Shown here: positions 26,513-40,140 of the stretch, piece after piece
How the letters are laid out: each line of letters opens with the position of its first letter
Position numbering within the stretch: position 1 is the first letter of the stretch
The notes under the pieces: model-generated
Seen by the model: the letters and a program-made list of their open reading frames with translations, nothing else
Told to the model about the DNA's origin: nothing
Databases searched by the model: none
Position numbers and translations under genes: made by a program
NCBI RefSeq assembly: GCF_006345805.1
Contig: NC_043008.1
Span: 53,754,001 to 53,818,000 of the forward strand
Direction: 5' to 3'
Length of the DNA: 64,000 nucleotides
Origin: Octopus sinensis
Lineage: Eukaryota

Positions 26513-27389
26513 AACAAATGATTATGAACGAATAACTTCGACTCGGAACACCTTCGTACTTCACAGCTGGATAAAATATATGCGTATATATACGTGTGTT
26601 TGTCTGTGTCTGTGTGTGTTATTGTGCGCATGTGTTTTGTATGTGTGTGTGTGTGAGTGTGCGGGAAAATTAAGTCAATGTACATACTAGTGATTTGTCT
26701 CTGTTTTGTTAAACAATATAGAATTTAATTTAATCTGTCATTATATTGAGAGGAAAACTATACGTCATAACACAAGCAGTATTGCACCTATTGTCTTTTT
26801 GACACGCACTTCAAACGACATATAAGACTATATAATTTTTTTTGTTAAAATGCGCCTAACACTTCCATTTCATAGCAATGTGTGAAAGCTAATGTGTTAT
26901 TACACATACCAACATATCGCTATGGATATGAATAAGTGTATATACATGTGCCAACATTTCGTACATACATATATATATATATGTATATATGGATATACAC
27001 GTGCTTGTGTGTATGTATATAGGATTATACTGCGCATATAAGAGTATTTATAATGCAATTTGTTATATCCCTTACAATTTCAATCAATAAGACGCATTCA
27101 AGAGAGAGGTACAGCAATTCCTAATTGAGGTGACTATTAACAATACAGCTGACAGTTAATAGGTGTTAACACTTACACAGGTATATACACACAAGCATGA
27201 ATACATGTACTGAAACACACAGACACGCGTAAATATAAATATACATATATTTATATACACGCACTTACATACATACATATATATATGTGTGTGCGTGTGT
27301 GTATTATATAATGTACTAACATATGCTTGTATATAAATAATACATAGTCTATACATTTATGCATAAACATACGAATATCTGTATGTACG

Positions 27390-27447
<58 letters not shown>

Positions 27448-27460
27448 GTATATATATATC

Positions 27461-27501
<41 letters not shown>

Positions 27502-27600
27502 CTAATATATATATATATATATTATATACTATATATATATAATATATATATTATATATATATAATATATATAATATATATATATATAATATATATATATC

Positions 27601-27972
27601 GGAGGCGCAATGGCCCAGTGGTTAGGCAGCGGACTCGCGGTCATAGGATCGCGGTTTCGATTCCAGACAAGGCGTTGTGAGTGTTTATTGAGCGAAAACA
27701 CCTAAAAGCTCCACGAGGCTCCGGCAGGGGATGGTGGTGATCCCTGCTGTACTCTTTCACCACAACTTTCTCTCACTCTTACTTCCTGTTTCTGTTGTAC
27801 CTGTATTTCAGGGGCCGGTCTTGTCATCTCTGTGTCACGGATGATTCCCGAGAACTACGTTAAGGGTGCACGTGTCTGTGGAGTGCTCAGCCACTTACAC
27901 GTTAAATTCACGAGCAGGCTGTCCGTTGATTCGGATCAACCGGACCCTCATCGGAACCGACGGAGTGCTTCC
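27601..27972 (+). mobile_element. SINE family B inserted in a (TA)n array
   Basis: Near-identical to 15348-15730 with several small deletions. Confidence 0.92.
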
Positions 27973-27975
27973 TAT

Positions 27976-28031
<56 letters not shown>

Positions 28032-28352
28032 TATACATATATATACGTGTGTGTATTCATGTATGTGAGTACGCCTGTGAGTATGACATTGAGATTGTTC
28101 AGATATATGTTTCATAGTATGTTACGTTGTTGACATTTTCCGCATCAAGGAGTCGCCTGATGCCTTAGCATCTCCGAAGATATGTGGACGATCCTTTCTT
28201 TGAAAACAGGGAAGGTTTAGAAATAGAAAGGGCATCAAATTGTAGAAAAATATCTGAATAGCATAGTTATGTAACTCAAGTGGATGCAAATACCAACAAA
28301 CGAATTCATTCAACAAGCGTCTTCATGTATTCGTGTGTTTGATGGTATATAT

Positions 28353-28390
<38 letters not shown>

Positions 28391-28418
28391 CTATATATAT
28401 ATAATATATATATATGCA

Positions 28419-28465
<47 letters not shown>

Positions 28466-29013
28466 GTGTGTGTTGTGTGTGTGTGTGTGTTATAGTATTT
28501 TGTGACATTTTCATTGGTTTTGTAGATTATAAATCAATACCCACCTCCAATCCGTTTTTGATTGCTGATGATGGCAATGTATGCAAGTATACTTTTTATA
28601 CACGCCAACAGTAGGAAGATGAATGAGTATCCGGAAATATACAAAGAATGTGAATAATGAACTAAAATATGCACTTTGCAATTGTGTTAGGTCACCTTTC
28701 ATTAAAATTTTGCTTTAACTACAATATATTATGGCTCTGAAAGAAAATTATTCCATTATTTTTGAAAAGTTTCTTTTTTATATTTCCTTTACATTTAACA
28801 ATGTGCTGGAAAAAGACAAGCCACACACACACACAAACAACACACACACACACACACACGTACGTATATAGTTCTTTGAATGAGCATTTTCCGGTTTGCT
28901 TTTCACAGCATGTTTAGTTTAGGCCAGTATTTATATGTGTGTGTCTGTGCAGAGATACATGCACACACAAATACACACATACACGTATATGCACACATAT
29001 ATATATGTATGTA

Positions 29014-29059
<46 letters not shown>

Positions 29060-29399
29060 ATGTGTATGTATACTTAGATATGTATATATGTGTGTGTGCT
29101 TATATATGCATATATGTGAATGTATATCCATGCAAACATCTGTATGTGTCTGTGTGTATGTGTATATATAGAGATGTGGTTCAGTTTGTTTGTTGATCAA
29201 AAGTTTTCTCCATATTCTGCTTATTCAACTTTGATTCTGGATAAACTTTTGTATATTCTGTTATTACCTGTGCCCGATGAGCATAGTATGCCTGCATACC
29301 CATACCCAGGGATAGGGACAGCACAGGTAATTGATACCGACAGTAAATACGAATACTATCATCCCTTAGTCGGTCACTACACCCGCTAAGTCTGCTTAC

Positions 29400-29443
<44 letters not shown>

Positions 29444-29448
<5 letters not shown>

Positions 29449-29770
29449 ACTATGAGAGAGAATCGACTATGTGGACGGTCTTACGCTAGATATAGATCCG
29501 CAAAGGGACTCAACCACTAAGAATTGTTCTCAAGAAATAATTCAACACACCAAGAACGTAAGCGAGCAGGTCAAATGAAAAATAACGAAAATATAGAAAA
29601 TCCCTTTGCGGATCCATATCTAGCGTAAGAGCGTCCACATAGTGGATTCTCTCTCATAGTTGTGTATAATAATATTTACTGAATCTCAGTCTTTTATACG
29701 CTAGACCACTGGTGTTTAAATTGATGTTATTAAATTAATATCCAATTTTTTCACCATCGCTTGACTTTAT
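29444..29770. mobile_element. Fold-back element with ~65-bp inverted arms (29444-29508 / 29601-29665) in (TA)n
   Basis: ACACAACTATGAGAGAGAATCGACTATGTGGACGGTCTTACGCTAGATATAGATCCGCAAAGGGA versus its reverse complement, 3 mismatches by eye. Confidence 0.8.
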
Positions 29771-29776
29771 GTATAC

Positions 29777-29824
<48 letters not shown>

Positions 29825-29834
29825 GAATTGAATT

Positions 29835-30210
29835 GAACTAGTTCAGCTCACAAGATGTGGACATGCTGGGGCAGCGCCATTTGTTGCTGCTACATAATTT
29901 TTAATTCAATAATTCTTTTTAGGAATTGACATTTGGTGCATGAGGGAGTTTGACGCCGCTGCCCTCAGTTGCACTTCCTGCTGTGAAGTTGGTTCATCTG
30001 GGGCTCTTGATACCCACCCCGTGTAGGTCTTTCACGTTCCTCGGGAGAATATTGAAGAGGTGTTGGCGTTTAAAGCTCTGGTCATTACGATATTTTCTCC
30101 TATATTTTGACGACAAAGTTGGAGTCTTTGGCACCATGCAGTGGGGCCTTGTTATAGCGTTAGTGTAACTCGCTATGCCAAAGTTTAAGCGTGTGCCTCC
30201 AGGGGCTTCC
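29835..30210 (-). mobile_element. CR1-group LINE 3' end
   Basis: [22 protein letters not shown]...FKRQHLFNILPRNVKDLHGV / DEPTSQQEVQLRAAASNSLMHQM, then 3' UTR GCCCCAGCATGTCCACA...GAGCTGAA. Confidence 0.8.
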
Positions 30211-30271
<61 letters not shown>

Positions 30272-30393
30272 CGTGTGTGTGTGTGTGTGTATATATATGA
30301 ATATATATGTTTGTATATATACATATATATGCATATATATACATATGTATACACATATATATATGTATTACAAATAGATATACATATATATAC

Positions 30394-30437
<44 letters not shown>

Positions 30438-31699
30438 GCATATATATACATATCTGTTGGTGATAGTATGTGTGTGTGTGTGTACCTAAGATATATATGT
30501 GCATCATAAATGCAGAAATATAAACAACACGCACGCACACACATACACGCACACACACACATACACGCACACACATACACATTGAAAGATATATAGTGAC
30601 ATTGTAAGCTTTATCGAATCTCTTATAGTTTTATTTCTCATTTTCTTTTATTATGTTTTTCGAAAACAATTCTCCTCTCTTACCTCTAATCATATAATAA
30701 GCCGTAATATCGAATTAATCTAATAAAGTGTTGCGTTTGATTTGCCAAATTAATTGTTGTATAATTGCTCCGCGTTTTAACGACTCGCCATTTCTTTACT
30801 GGCAACCTGGCAAAGAAGAATATATATTATGTGGTTTCTTCCACTGAACAAAGACGAAAGAATTCTAATGAGGCTATTCTAGAAAAGTAACTAATTGCCT
30901 AAAACTGTGGTTATTCAATAAAAGCAAGACAAAAAGGCTATGGTAATTATATATTAGAGTAACTTTGTGTGTAATGAAGCCAACACTTTCATAGGAAATC
31001 ACTCTAAAAGTAGATACGTAGATACGCATACATTGTTGTAGGATATATTTTATCTCCAGAAAACAGAAAACTCCACACTTACACATACACACACATATAT
31101 ATATATACCTATGCATATACACATACATGCATAAGTGTGTATGTGTATGTACACTTACACACGCATATATATATATATATATAATATTATATATATATAT
31201 ATATATATATCGAAGTGATTTTACTACTACTATTAATTTTTTTACTATAATCATTTATTAAACATAGCCACGAAGCACGTGTCTTTATTCGACCAAATAT
31301 ATGATTTTGTTATTATTTCGCAATTTACTTAATCATCGGTATATTATTGTTATTTTATTTTTTATATTTCTATTATATGAAATTTTCTAGATGGTGTAAT
31401 TTAATTGTTCATTTTGAATTGATAAAAGGTGTTTTTTTTATCTAATTTATATATATATATATATATGTGTGTGTGTGCGTGTGTGTGTGTGTGTGCGCGT
31501 GTGTGTGCATGTGTATACATATATATACATATATACACTAGAGTGCACATCATAGGCTTGCTATGAACAAGTGATACTAGAGGTGTAAAATTTCGCATGC
31601 ATTAATTTCAGCCCTTTTAAATTCTGCATTTTTTCTTTCTGAGCAATTTGACATTTCCAAAAAAAAAAAAAAAATTCAAAGGTATATACTAGCGAATTG

Positions 31700-32346
31700 T
31701 GATGAAAAAGGACAACACTTGTTATCATGGTTTTCTTATGTAACTACAGAAAAGGGGTTTAGTCTTCAAAGACATTAATGGTTGCTACATTAACTGATGA
31801 CACTCCATCTTTATCAACAGTGCAAAGGTAAGCATTTGAATATCCTGTAATTACCACCACAGAGGAAAACATTGACCGTGTTCATCACACGATGTTGGAT
31901 GACAAGTGATTGCCTATAAATTAAATAACCAATTCTATTAGCAATCCTCGTGAGAGAGTTGAGATTATTCTGCGAAATGGTCTAGGCATGACGAAAGTTC
32001 TTGCTCGGTGAGTGCCACGTCTTCTAACATCTGATCAAAGGCACACCAGGCTGATCATATCACGGGAAAATCTGAAATACTTGGAGACAGATCCAGTTGG
32101 TCTCCTTGCGTGTTTCCCATCCCAGGATGTGTGTTGGGTTGATCGCTTTGAGCCATTGATATTGAATCTATCTATATAGTGGAAACACACCTCCTTACCT
32201 GCTCCAAAGCAAACCGAGGTCATTTTATCTGCAGGGAAGGTGATGTGCTGTTTTTTGAGATGCAAAATAAATTGCGTGTATCGACTATCTTTTAAAGGGT
32301 CACACCATCAATGGAGAATACTATACAGACTTGCTGATGTAGTTAC
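31700..32346 (+). mobile_element. Decayed mariner transposase
   Basis: TTEENIDRVHH...ISNPRERVEIILRNGLGMTKVLAR*VPRLLTSDQ (WVPR motif hit by a stop), WKH...SAGKVM, DYL.KGHTINGEYY. Confidence 0.9.
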
Positions 32347-32761
32347 ATTAGTTTTTTTATATATTTGTTTCAACGCATTTTATACGTTTTTATTTGTTTA
32401 TATTTCAACTAACTGAATGCTTTTCACCTTCGGCATTACTTTAGGATTTCATATCCATTAAAGCTAACTCCGTATTAATATGTATAAGCTTTAGCGTTTT
32501 ATCCTTTTTTTTACCTTGATTACCATATTAACCTCATTCATTCACTTTTTATCCCTTCTTTATTCTAAGTCGGAATTCAGCAGAGTATTAATGAAACGAG
32601 ATGGCATTATCGTTTCGCGAATATCGGTTTCATCAAATGAATAAAGAAAATAATTTTTTTCCATGCACTGTTTGAGTATTTGAGTTTGTGTATAACTGTT
32701 ACCACACACAGATTATTATAACTATGTGGCCTGCATTATATATATTATATATATATATATA

Positions 32762-32801
<40 letters not shown>

Positions 32802-32999
32802 GTGGTGTGTAACACAGTTGAAACATTCAGTAAGTATACTAATCCCTTAATATTTGATATTCAATATGACAATTAATACTTCATTTCATTTTACTATATA
32901 TACTATTTATACTATATATTCTTTAATCAACATTAATATTGTAAAGAATATAAATAAAACTATCAAAGGATATATAGGTTTTTTCCAGTACCATCTGTA

Positions 33000-33635
33000 A
33001 ACTTTCAAGTATAAATTCTTTTGAAATTCTCTCCTGAATTCTTTGTGTGTGTTTGTTTATCCCGAATTCTACTGGTTCTAGTCCATATATATATGGAGAA
33101 TATTTTTGTAGAGACTAGTTACGTCAAAGCTAACTAGTACTATTTCTTTATTTACACGTGGGATATGGTTTAAGTTTATGTCATCTCTGGTGGAACTGGG
33201 AACTAATCTACATAAAGGTTTTCCTTGCCTCTACAATAAAATTCAATAATGTCACTTAGCGTTTTAAGGCATTCTTTTAATTCCTCTTCCTTCACCATTT
33301 CGATTTTTTAGGTTAGTAGTGAAAGGGTTCTGTATACTACTGTCTCCCCTTGTTCCTTGTCACCTCCTCTGGTGGCGTCAATTTCAATGTTGTACTGTCT
33401 TCCTTTAACATATTTCTGCTGCTCCTTATTGCCTCTAAGTCTATAGTCACTTCTCTGGCTTCCGGCTGTTTTACTGTTCTGAAAATATTTTCGCGTCCCG
33501 CTACAGCAGCGTAACTCCCGACACGTGTTTGTTCTTCCATATTCTGTAATTTTTGCCCCTACTGAGCAAAAACCAAAACAAAAGCAAATAATATAATAAA
33601 TCAAACAATCAGCAACAACGAGCGACCTCTCTAGG
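33000..33635 (-). mobile_element. Probable 5' end (5' UTR plus ORF1 start) of an L1/Tx1-like LINE
   Basis: MEEQTRVGSYAAVAGRENIF...LKLTPPEEV / ETVVYRTLSL...KEEELKECLK with frameshifts. The SYAAV N-terminal motif is common in ORF1 proteins; family not certain. Confidence 0.45.
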
Positions 33636-33824
33636 GAGGACCTTCACCAAAGGATAACTATCCGCAACTTTAGAATTTCAACTGTGAACGATATAATTTC
33701 AAACATTTTTTACCACACTGTATGTTGCAATGTTAGTACGCATGCGCCTTTATAAAGTTTAGGACAATTCACTTACTATCCCACAAGGGTGCCAGGATAT
33801 GATGACCTCGTGTATACCATCGGC

Positions 33825-34006
33825 GATTTTTTTTCCTCTGTCTTCCCTTCTCTGGATCTTTCCTTCTATTATGTTTCCGACGAAGAGCTCCGCTCGAAAC
33901 GTTAAACCCTCCTTCTTTCCTTCTTTCCTGAGCGTCCAATAATACTATATTTGTTCCACGTCCTCGCGTTGTCGTGTTTTTTTGTGCTTTCTTGTTTGGA
34001 TTAACT
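33825..34006 (+). mobile_element. Short Penelope-type terminal repeat with a hammerhead-like motif (33873-33907)
   Basis: GTTT-CCGACGA-A-GAGC TCC GCTC-GAAA-CG-TT-AAAC, then CCTGAGCGTCCAATAATAC, related to the 14528 and 6695 elements; ends at (TA)n. Confidence 0.7.
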
Positions 34007-34487
34007 ATATATATATATATATAGATGCATATACATGTGTGTGTGTGTGTGTGTCTCTGCGCTCGTCTGTGGGCGTTTATAGGCACAATGACTACTATTA
34101 TCGGTAGTATTGATTGGTTACTTTGAATATATTCATAGTGGCCGAATTTTTAGCTATGTCTGTAAATGTGCATATATCGTCCCATACGTGTGCGGTTATA
34201 ATGAGTTATGAATGTCTGTAACTCTGTGCCTCTCTGTATGTATGCAGGAGAGTTCCTATTTCATCTCTGATTACCCGTGCATCCCTATATTTGTGGTTAA
34301 CTGTACAGTTGTATGTCTTTATAGATGTGTGTATACTTCTATGAATTTTGCACATATGCAGCTACATTTCTCGATATTTGTGACTATGGCATATATATAT
34401 ATAATATATATATACTATATATATATATATATGTATATATATATACATATATATTATATGTATACATACAATATATTATAGATACAG

Positions 34488-34553
<66 letters not shown>

Positions 34554-34558
34554 TATTT

Positions 34559-34720
34559 TTTGTAAAATAGAAGTTTGAAAATGCCACTATATTAGATAAA
34601 TTTTAATTTTTACATGTTTCGGTTCTTGAAATAACGAACCTTAGCAAAAAGAATTTTTTTCATAATAAAGAGTATAATGGAATAGTTCATAATTGTTTCA
34701 TACATTCATAGAGTCCATGC

Positions 34721-34762
<42 letters not shown>

Positions 34763-35840
34763 TGTTTTGTTCCGTTTACTATTTTTACATTTTTTATTGT
34801 TTTTATGTTTTCGTTTTTCGCTTTGTTCACCTTTTTTTGATGTCCTGTACCCATATATGCATTTATATATACATATATATGTAGGTATGTAGATATACGT
34901 ATGTATATATGCATATATTTATATACTATTATATTATTATATGATCGAACGCCATGCATCCTTTTCAAGTAAGTTTTATCTTTATATATATATATATATA
35001 TATACATTACTTATGCTTACTAAAAGTATGTATATATCTGTTTGTGTGGTGTATATATATGTATGTATATGTGTATGCCTGCGCGTATGTGTGGGTGTGT
35101 AAAATTGTGCCATCCATCGCAGTCGTGTAACTCGTAGTCTTCACTAATACATTCTTAATGTTTTGTTGTCAACAGAGACAGACGCAGTATCGACACTCAA
35201 ACAATTAACTTCGTAGAAGCGCTAAGACATGTCAGCTTGAGGGAGATGGATTTACCCTGCAGAATTTCACTGCTGTTTTAGTTTATTGACTCCAGAAGGT
35301 TACATGAAAGTTGATATTGTCTCACTGTATGCGCATATATGTGGTGTATATGTTATGTATATTATATATATATATAATATATATTATATATATATATATA
35401 TATATATCTATAATTTGTAAAATAGAAGTTTGAAAATGCCACTATATTAGATAAATTTTAATTTTTACATGTTTCGGTCTTGAAATAACGAACCTTAGCA
35501 AAAAGAATTTTTTTCATAATAAAGAGTATAATGGAATAGTTCATAATTGTTTCATACATTCAATAGAGTCCATGCTATATATATATATATATAGATATAT
35601 ATATATATATATATATATATACTGTTTTGTTCCGTTTACTATTTTTACATTTTTTATTGTTTTTATGTTTTCGTTTTTCGCTTTGTTCACCTTTTTTTGA
35701 TGTCCTGTACCCATATATGCATTTATATATACATATATATGTAGGTATGTAGATATACGTATGTATATATGCATATATTTATATACTATTATATTATTAT
35801 ATGATCGAACGCCATGCATCCTTTTCCAAGTAAGTTTTAT

Positions 35841-35880
<40 letters not shown>

Positions 35881-36222
35881 TACTTATGCTTACTAAAAGT
35901 ATGTATATATCTGTGTGTGTGTGTATATATATGTATGTATATGTGTATGCCTGCGCGTATGTGTGGGTGTGTAAAATTGTGCCATCCATCGCAGTCGTGT
36001 GTAACTCGTAGTCTTCACTAATACATTCTTAATGTTTTGTTGTCAACAGAGACGACGCAGTATCGACACTCAACAATTAACTTCGTAGAAGCGCTAAGAC
36101 ATGTCAGCTTGAGGGAGATGATTTACCCTGCAGAATTTCACTGCTGTGTTAGTTTATTGACTCCAGAAGGGTTACATGAAAGTTGATATTGTCTCACTGT
36201 ATGCGCATATATGTGTGTATAT

Positions 36223-36230
<8 letters not shown>
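34559..36230. repeat. ~855-bp direct tandem duplication (units start at ~34559 and ~35414)
   Basis: All unique segments recur in the same order; differences are almost all 1-2-nt indels. Confidence 0.95.
34605..34652 (-). ncRNA. Hammerhead-like motif with variant core TTGCTAA; duplicated at ~35461-35505
   Basis: Minus strand: TTT-TTGCTAA-GGTTC GTTATTTCAA GAACC-GAAA-CATG-TA-AAA. Confidence 0.5.
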
Positions 36231-36291
<61 letters not shown>

Positions 36292-36625
36292 ATAATACAT
36301 ATATATATATCTATATGCATATATATATATATATTTGTGTATATATATATATTATATATATATATAGAATATTATATATATATATAACATACATATATAT
36401 ATATTGCCATATGCGCATCTGTACGTCTTTATATATCTATATATATGTATATCAAATACATATTCATATTTATCAATGTATGTATCAGTATATATACATA
36501 TATATGGAAATTGCACACATAAATTTATATATTAATGACTGTATACGTATATATATATATATATACTCAAATGTATGATATATATATCATACATATATAT
36601 ATATATATATATGCATATGTATATG

Positions 36626-36665
<40 letters not shown>

Positions 36666-37277
36666 CTCAAATGTATGATATAATATATCATACATATATA
36701 TTATGCATATGTATATGTATATATATATATAGTATATATATATATATATTATATATATATATATTATACAGACATACATGCTTACATACATACACATACA
36801 CAAATACAAACATATACAATATATATTAAATTATCTAAAATCAACACACGTCCTATGAACCGCCCCGTAACGAAACATCTGTAACTGATGCCATTTAGAT
36901 TAACAATTAATTTGGTACTTTATTTTGTATTTCTTAATTGCGGACATATATGTAACCGGTAACATGTAAAATTGAGTATAATTGTATGAGTGTCTTTTTG
37001 CATAGATTTACACGTAAACACACTCATATGTACAAGCATCTGTAGAATGGCATGCGTGTGGTATATGCATATGTAAATCTGTTGTTGATGTTCTACGTCA
37101 ACTTATGGAAAACAAATTCTGCTTCAAAGCATACATGTCTTCGATGACGTGAGTGTGTTATGTGTTTGTGTGATTGTCTCGAAGTATATATATATATAAT
37201 ATATATATATATATATAATATATAATATGTATATATATTATGCATATATATATATATAATATATATATATATGCAAA

Positions 37278-37326
<49 letters not shown>

Positions 37327-37352
37327 TAATATTATATATATATATCTATATA

Positions 37353-37385
<33 letters not shown>

Positions 37386-38261
37386 GCCATATTATATATA
37401 TATATATATATTATATATATATATATATATATACATACACGCATACTTATTAGTTTATTGAGTAAATGCAAAATTTTTTTATGTATACCTGCAGAAACAC
37501 TTGCACACTCACACATGCACACACATACACACACATGTATATAAATATGCATGTGTGTATTCACGCCTGGAAATGACGTTTAACTTATAAAATACCGAAC
37601 GATCGTAAGATTTAGGACTGATTATTAGTTAAAAAAATGAATAGTAAAATTGACTATACTAATTTTTCTCACCAGCTGACCTGTCAACTAGTCAGCTTGA
37701 TCCGAAATTGAAATCACGTCCACGGGAAATCCATGGACACATTCACAAAGATACAGACAAACGGTGTGTGTGTGTGTGTTTTCTTCGTATTAATTGAAAT
37801 TCTGTTTTTGAATGGTAGATTTAATGCATCCAACCTCTTAATTTGCGACTCACTTAACCGTTGTTTGCCTTCAGCGGGATACACTTTGTTGAAAACTTAA
37901 CTTTCCGCCTACTTCTTTTCCACTTTCGGGTGACACGGTAGCACGTTCTAGCGACATCCCACCAAAAATCGAGGGAATCCATTTCTTTCTCCCAATTTTT
38001 ATCTTCTTTATTCTTCATCAGTGGCTGCCCACATCTTGATTTCACCAGTCCTAAAATTTTGTAATGTAGTACTTCGTGTTCTGTTGAGTTTGCTTATACC
38101 TGGTTAAACTGGCTCCAATCGGGTTCACCATGTTATTACATTGGAGAAATCTTCAGTCTCTCAACTCATGAATTTTATAGAATAGGGCAATTCTTTAATG
38201 ACAATTCTTAATTATTAGCTCAGAAATATACTGTATATATTATATTAAATAGCAGGTATGA

Positions 38262-38870
<609 letters not shown>

Positions 38871-39626
38871 GCTGTATCTTGTATTTATACACCTGTATTT
38901 TGTTTTAATTTTAAAAACATTATTAATACAAGGACAGTTGCAAAAAGATTTTCTTAAATTGAAAATTGTTAATTTTATAAAAAATGTTCAAAACTAGTAG
39001 ATTAACACTGACCTTTCGCTAGTTCCAGTTTACGCACACACAAACACATACACACACACATACATACACATCATATACACACGCACATACACACACACAT
39101 ATATTAAGGTATATATATACATGTGTGTGTGTGTGTGTGTGTTGTGTGTGTGTGTGTGTGATGTTCGTAATTAAAATTAAACTGTAACTTATTACTCCTA
39201 ACATAAAGACAACGGAAATATGGTTTGATAAGTAAAAGAAACGACTTAATTAGCTCAAAGATTATTATTAATGTATTTGGAGTTTATTCTAATTGGTTTC
39301 GAGTTTAATTTAATTTGCTTTGAATATATTCTAGTTTATTTCGAATATATTTTAAGTTGAATTAAAAGATATCTAATACTGATACTTGTGGCTTCAATTA
39401 CATACCTCCCTCATATTTTCTGGTGATGGTTGATGCAGTTTATATGATTTTTGATTTTGATTTTTCCAGTTTCAGCTCATGAGCTCTGGCCATATATTTC
39501 TTACGACTAAGAAATATTTTTTAACATTTAATTTAACTGAATTTTCTGTTTGATTCCGTTAAAATTTCAACAAAACTCGCGGTATTTATACATATGTGTG
39601 TGTGTATACACATACATTTACATATA

Positions 39627-39663
<37 letters not shown>

Positions 39664-39669
39664 GTGTTT

Positions 39670-40140
<471 letters not shown>

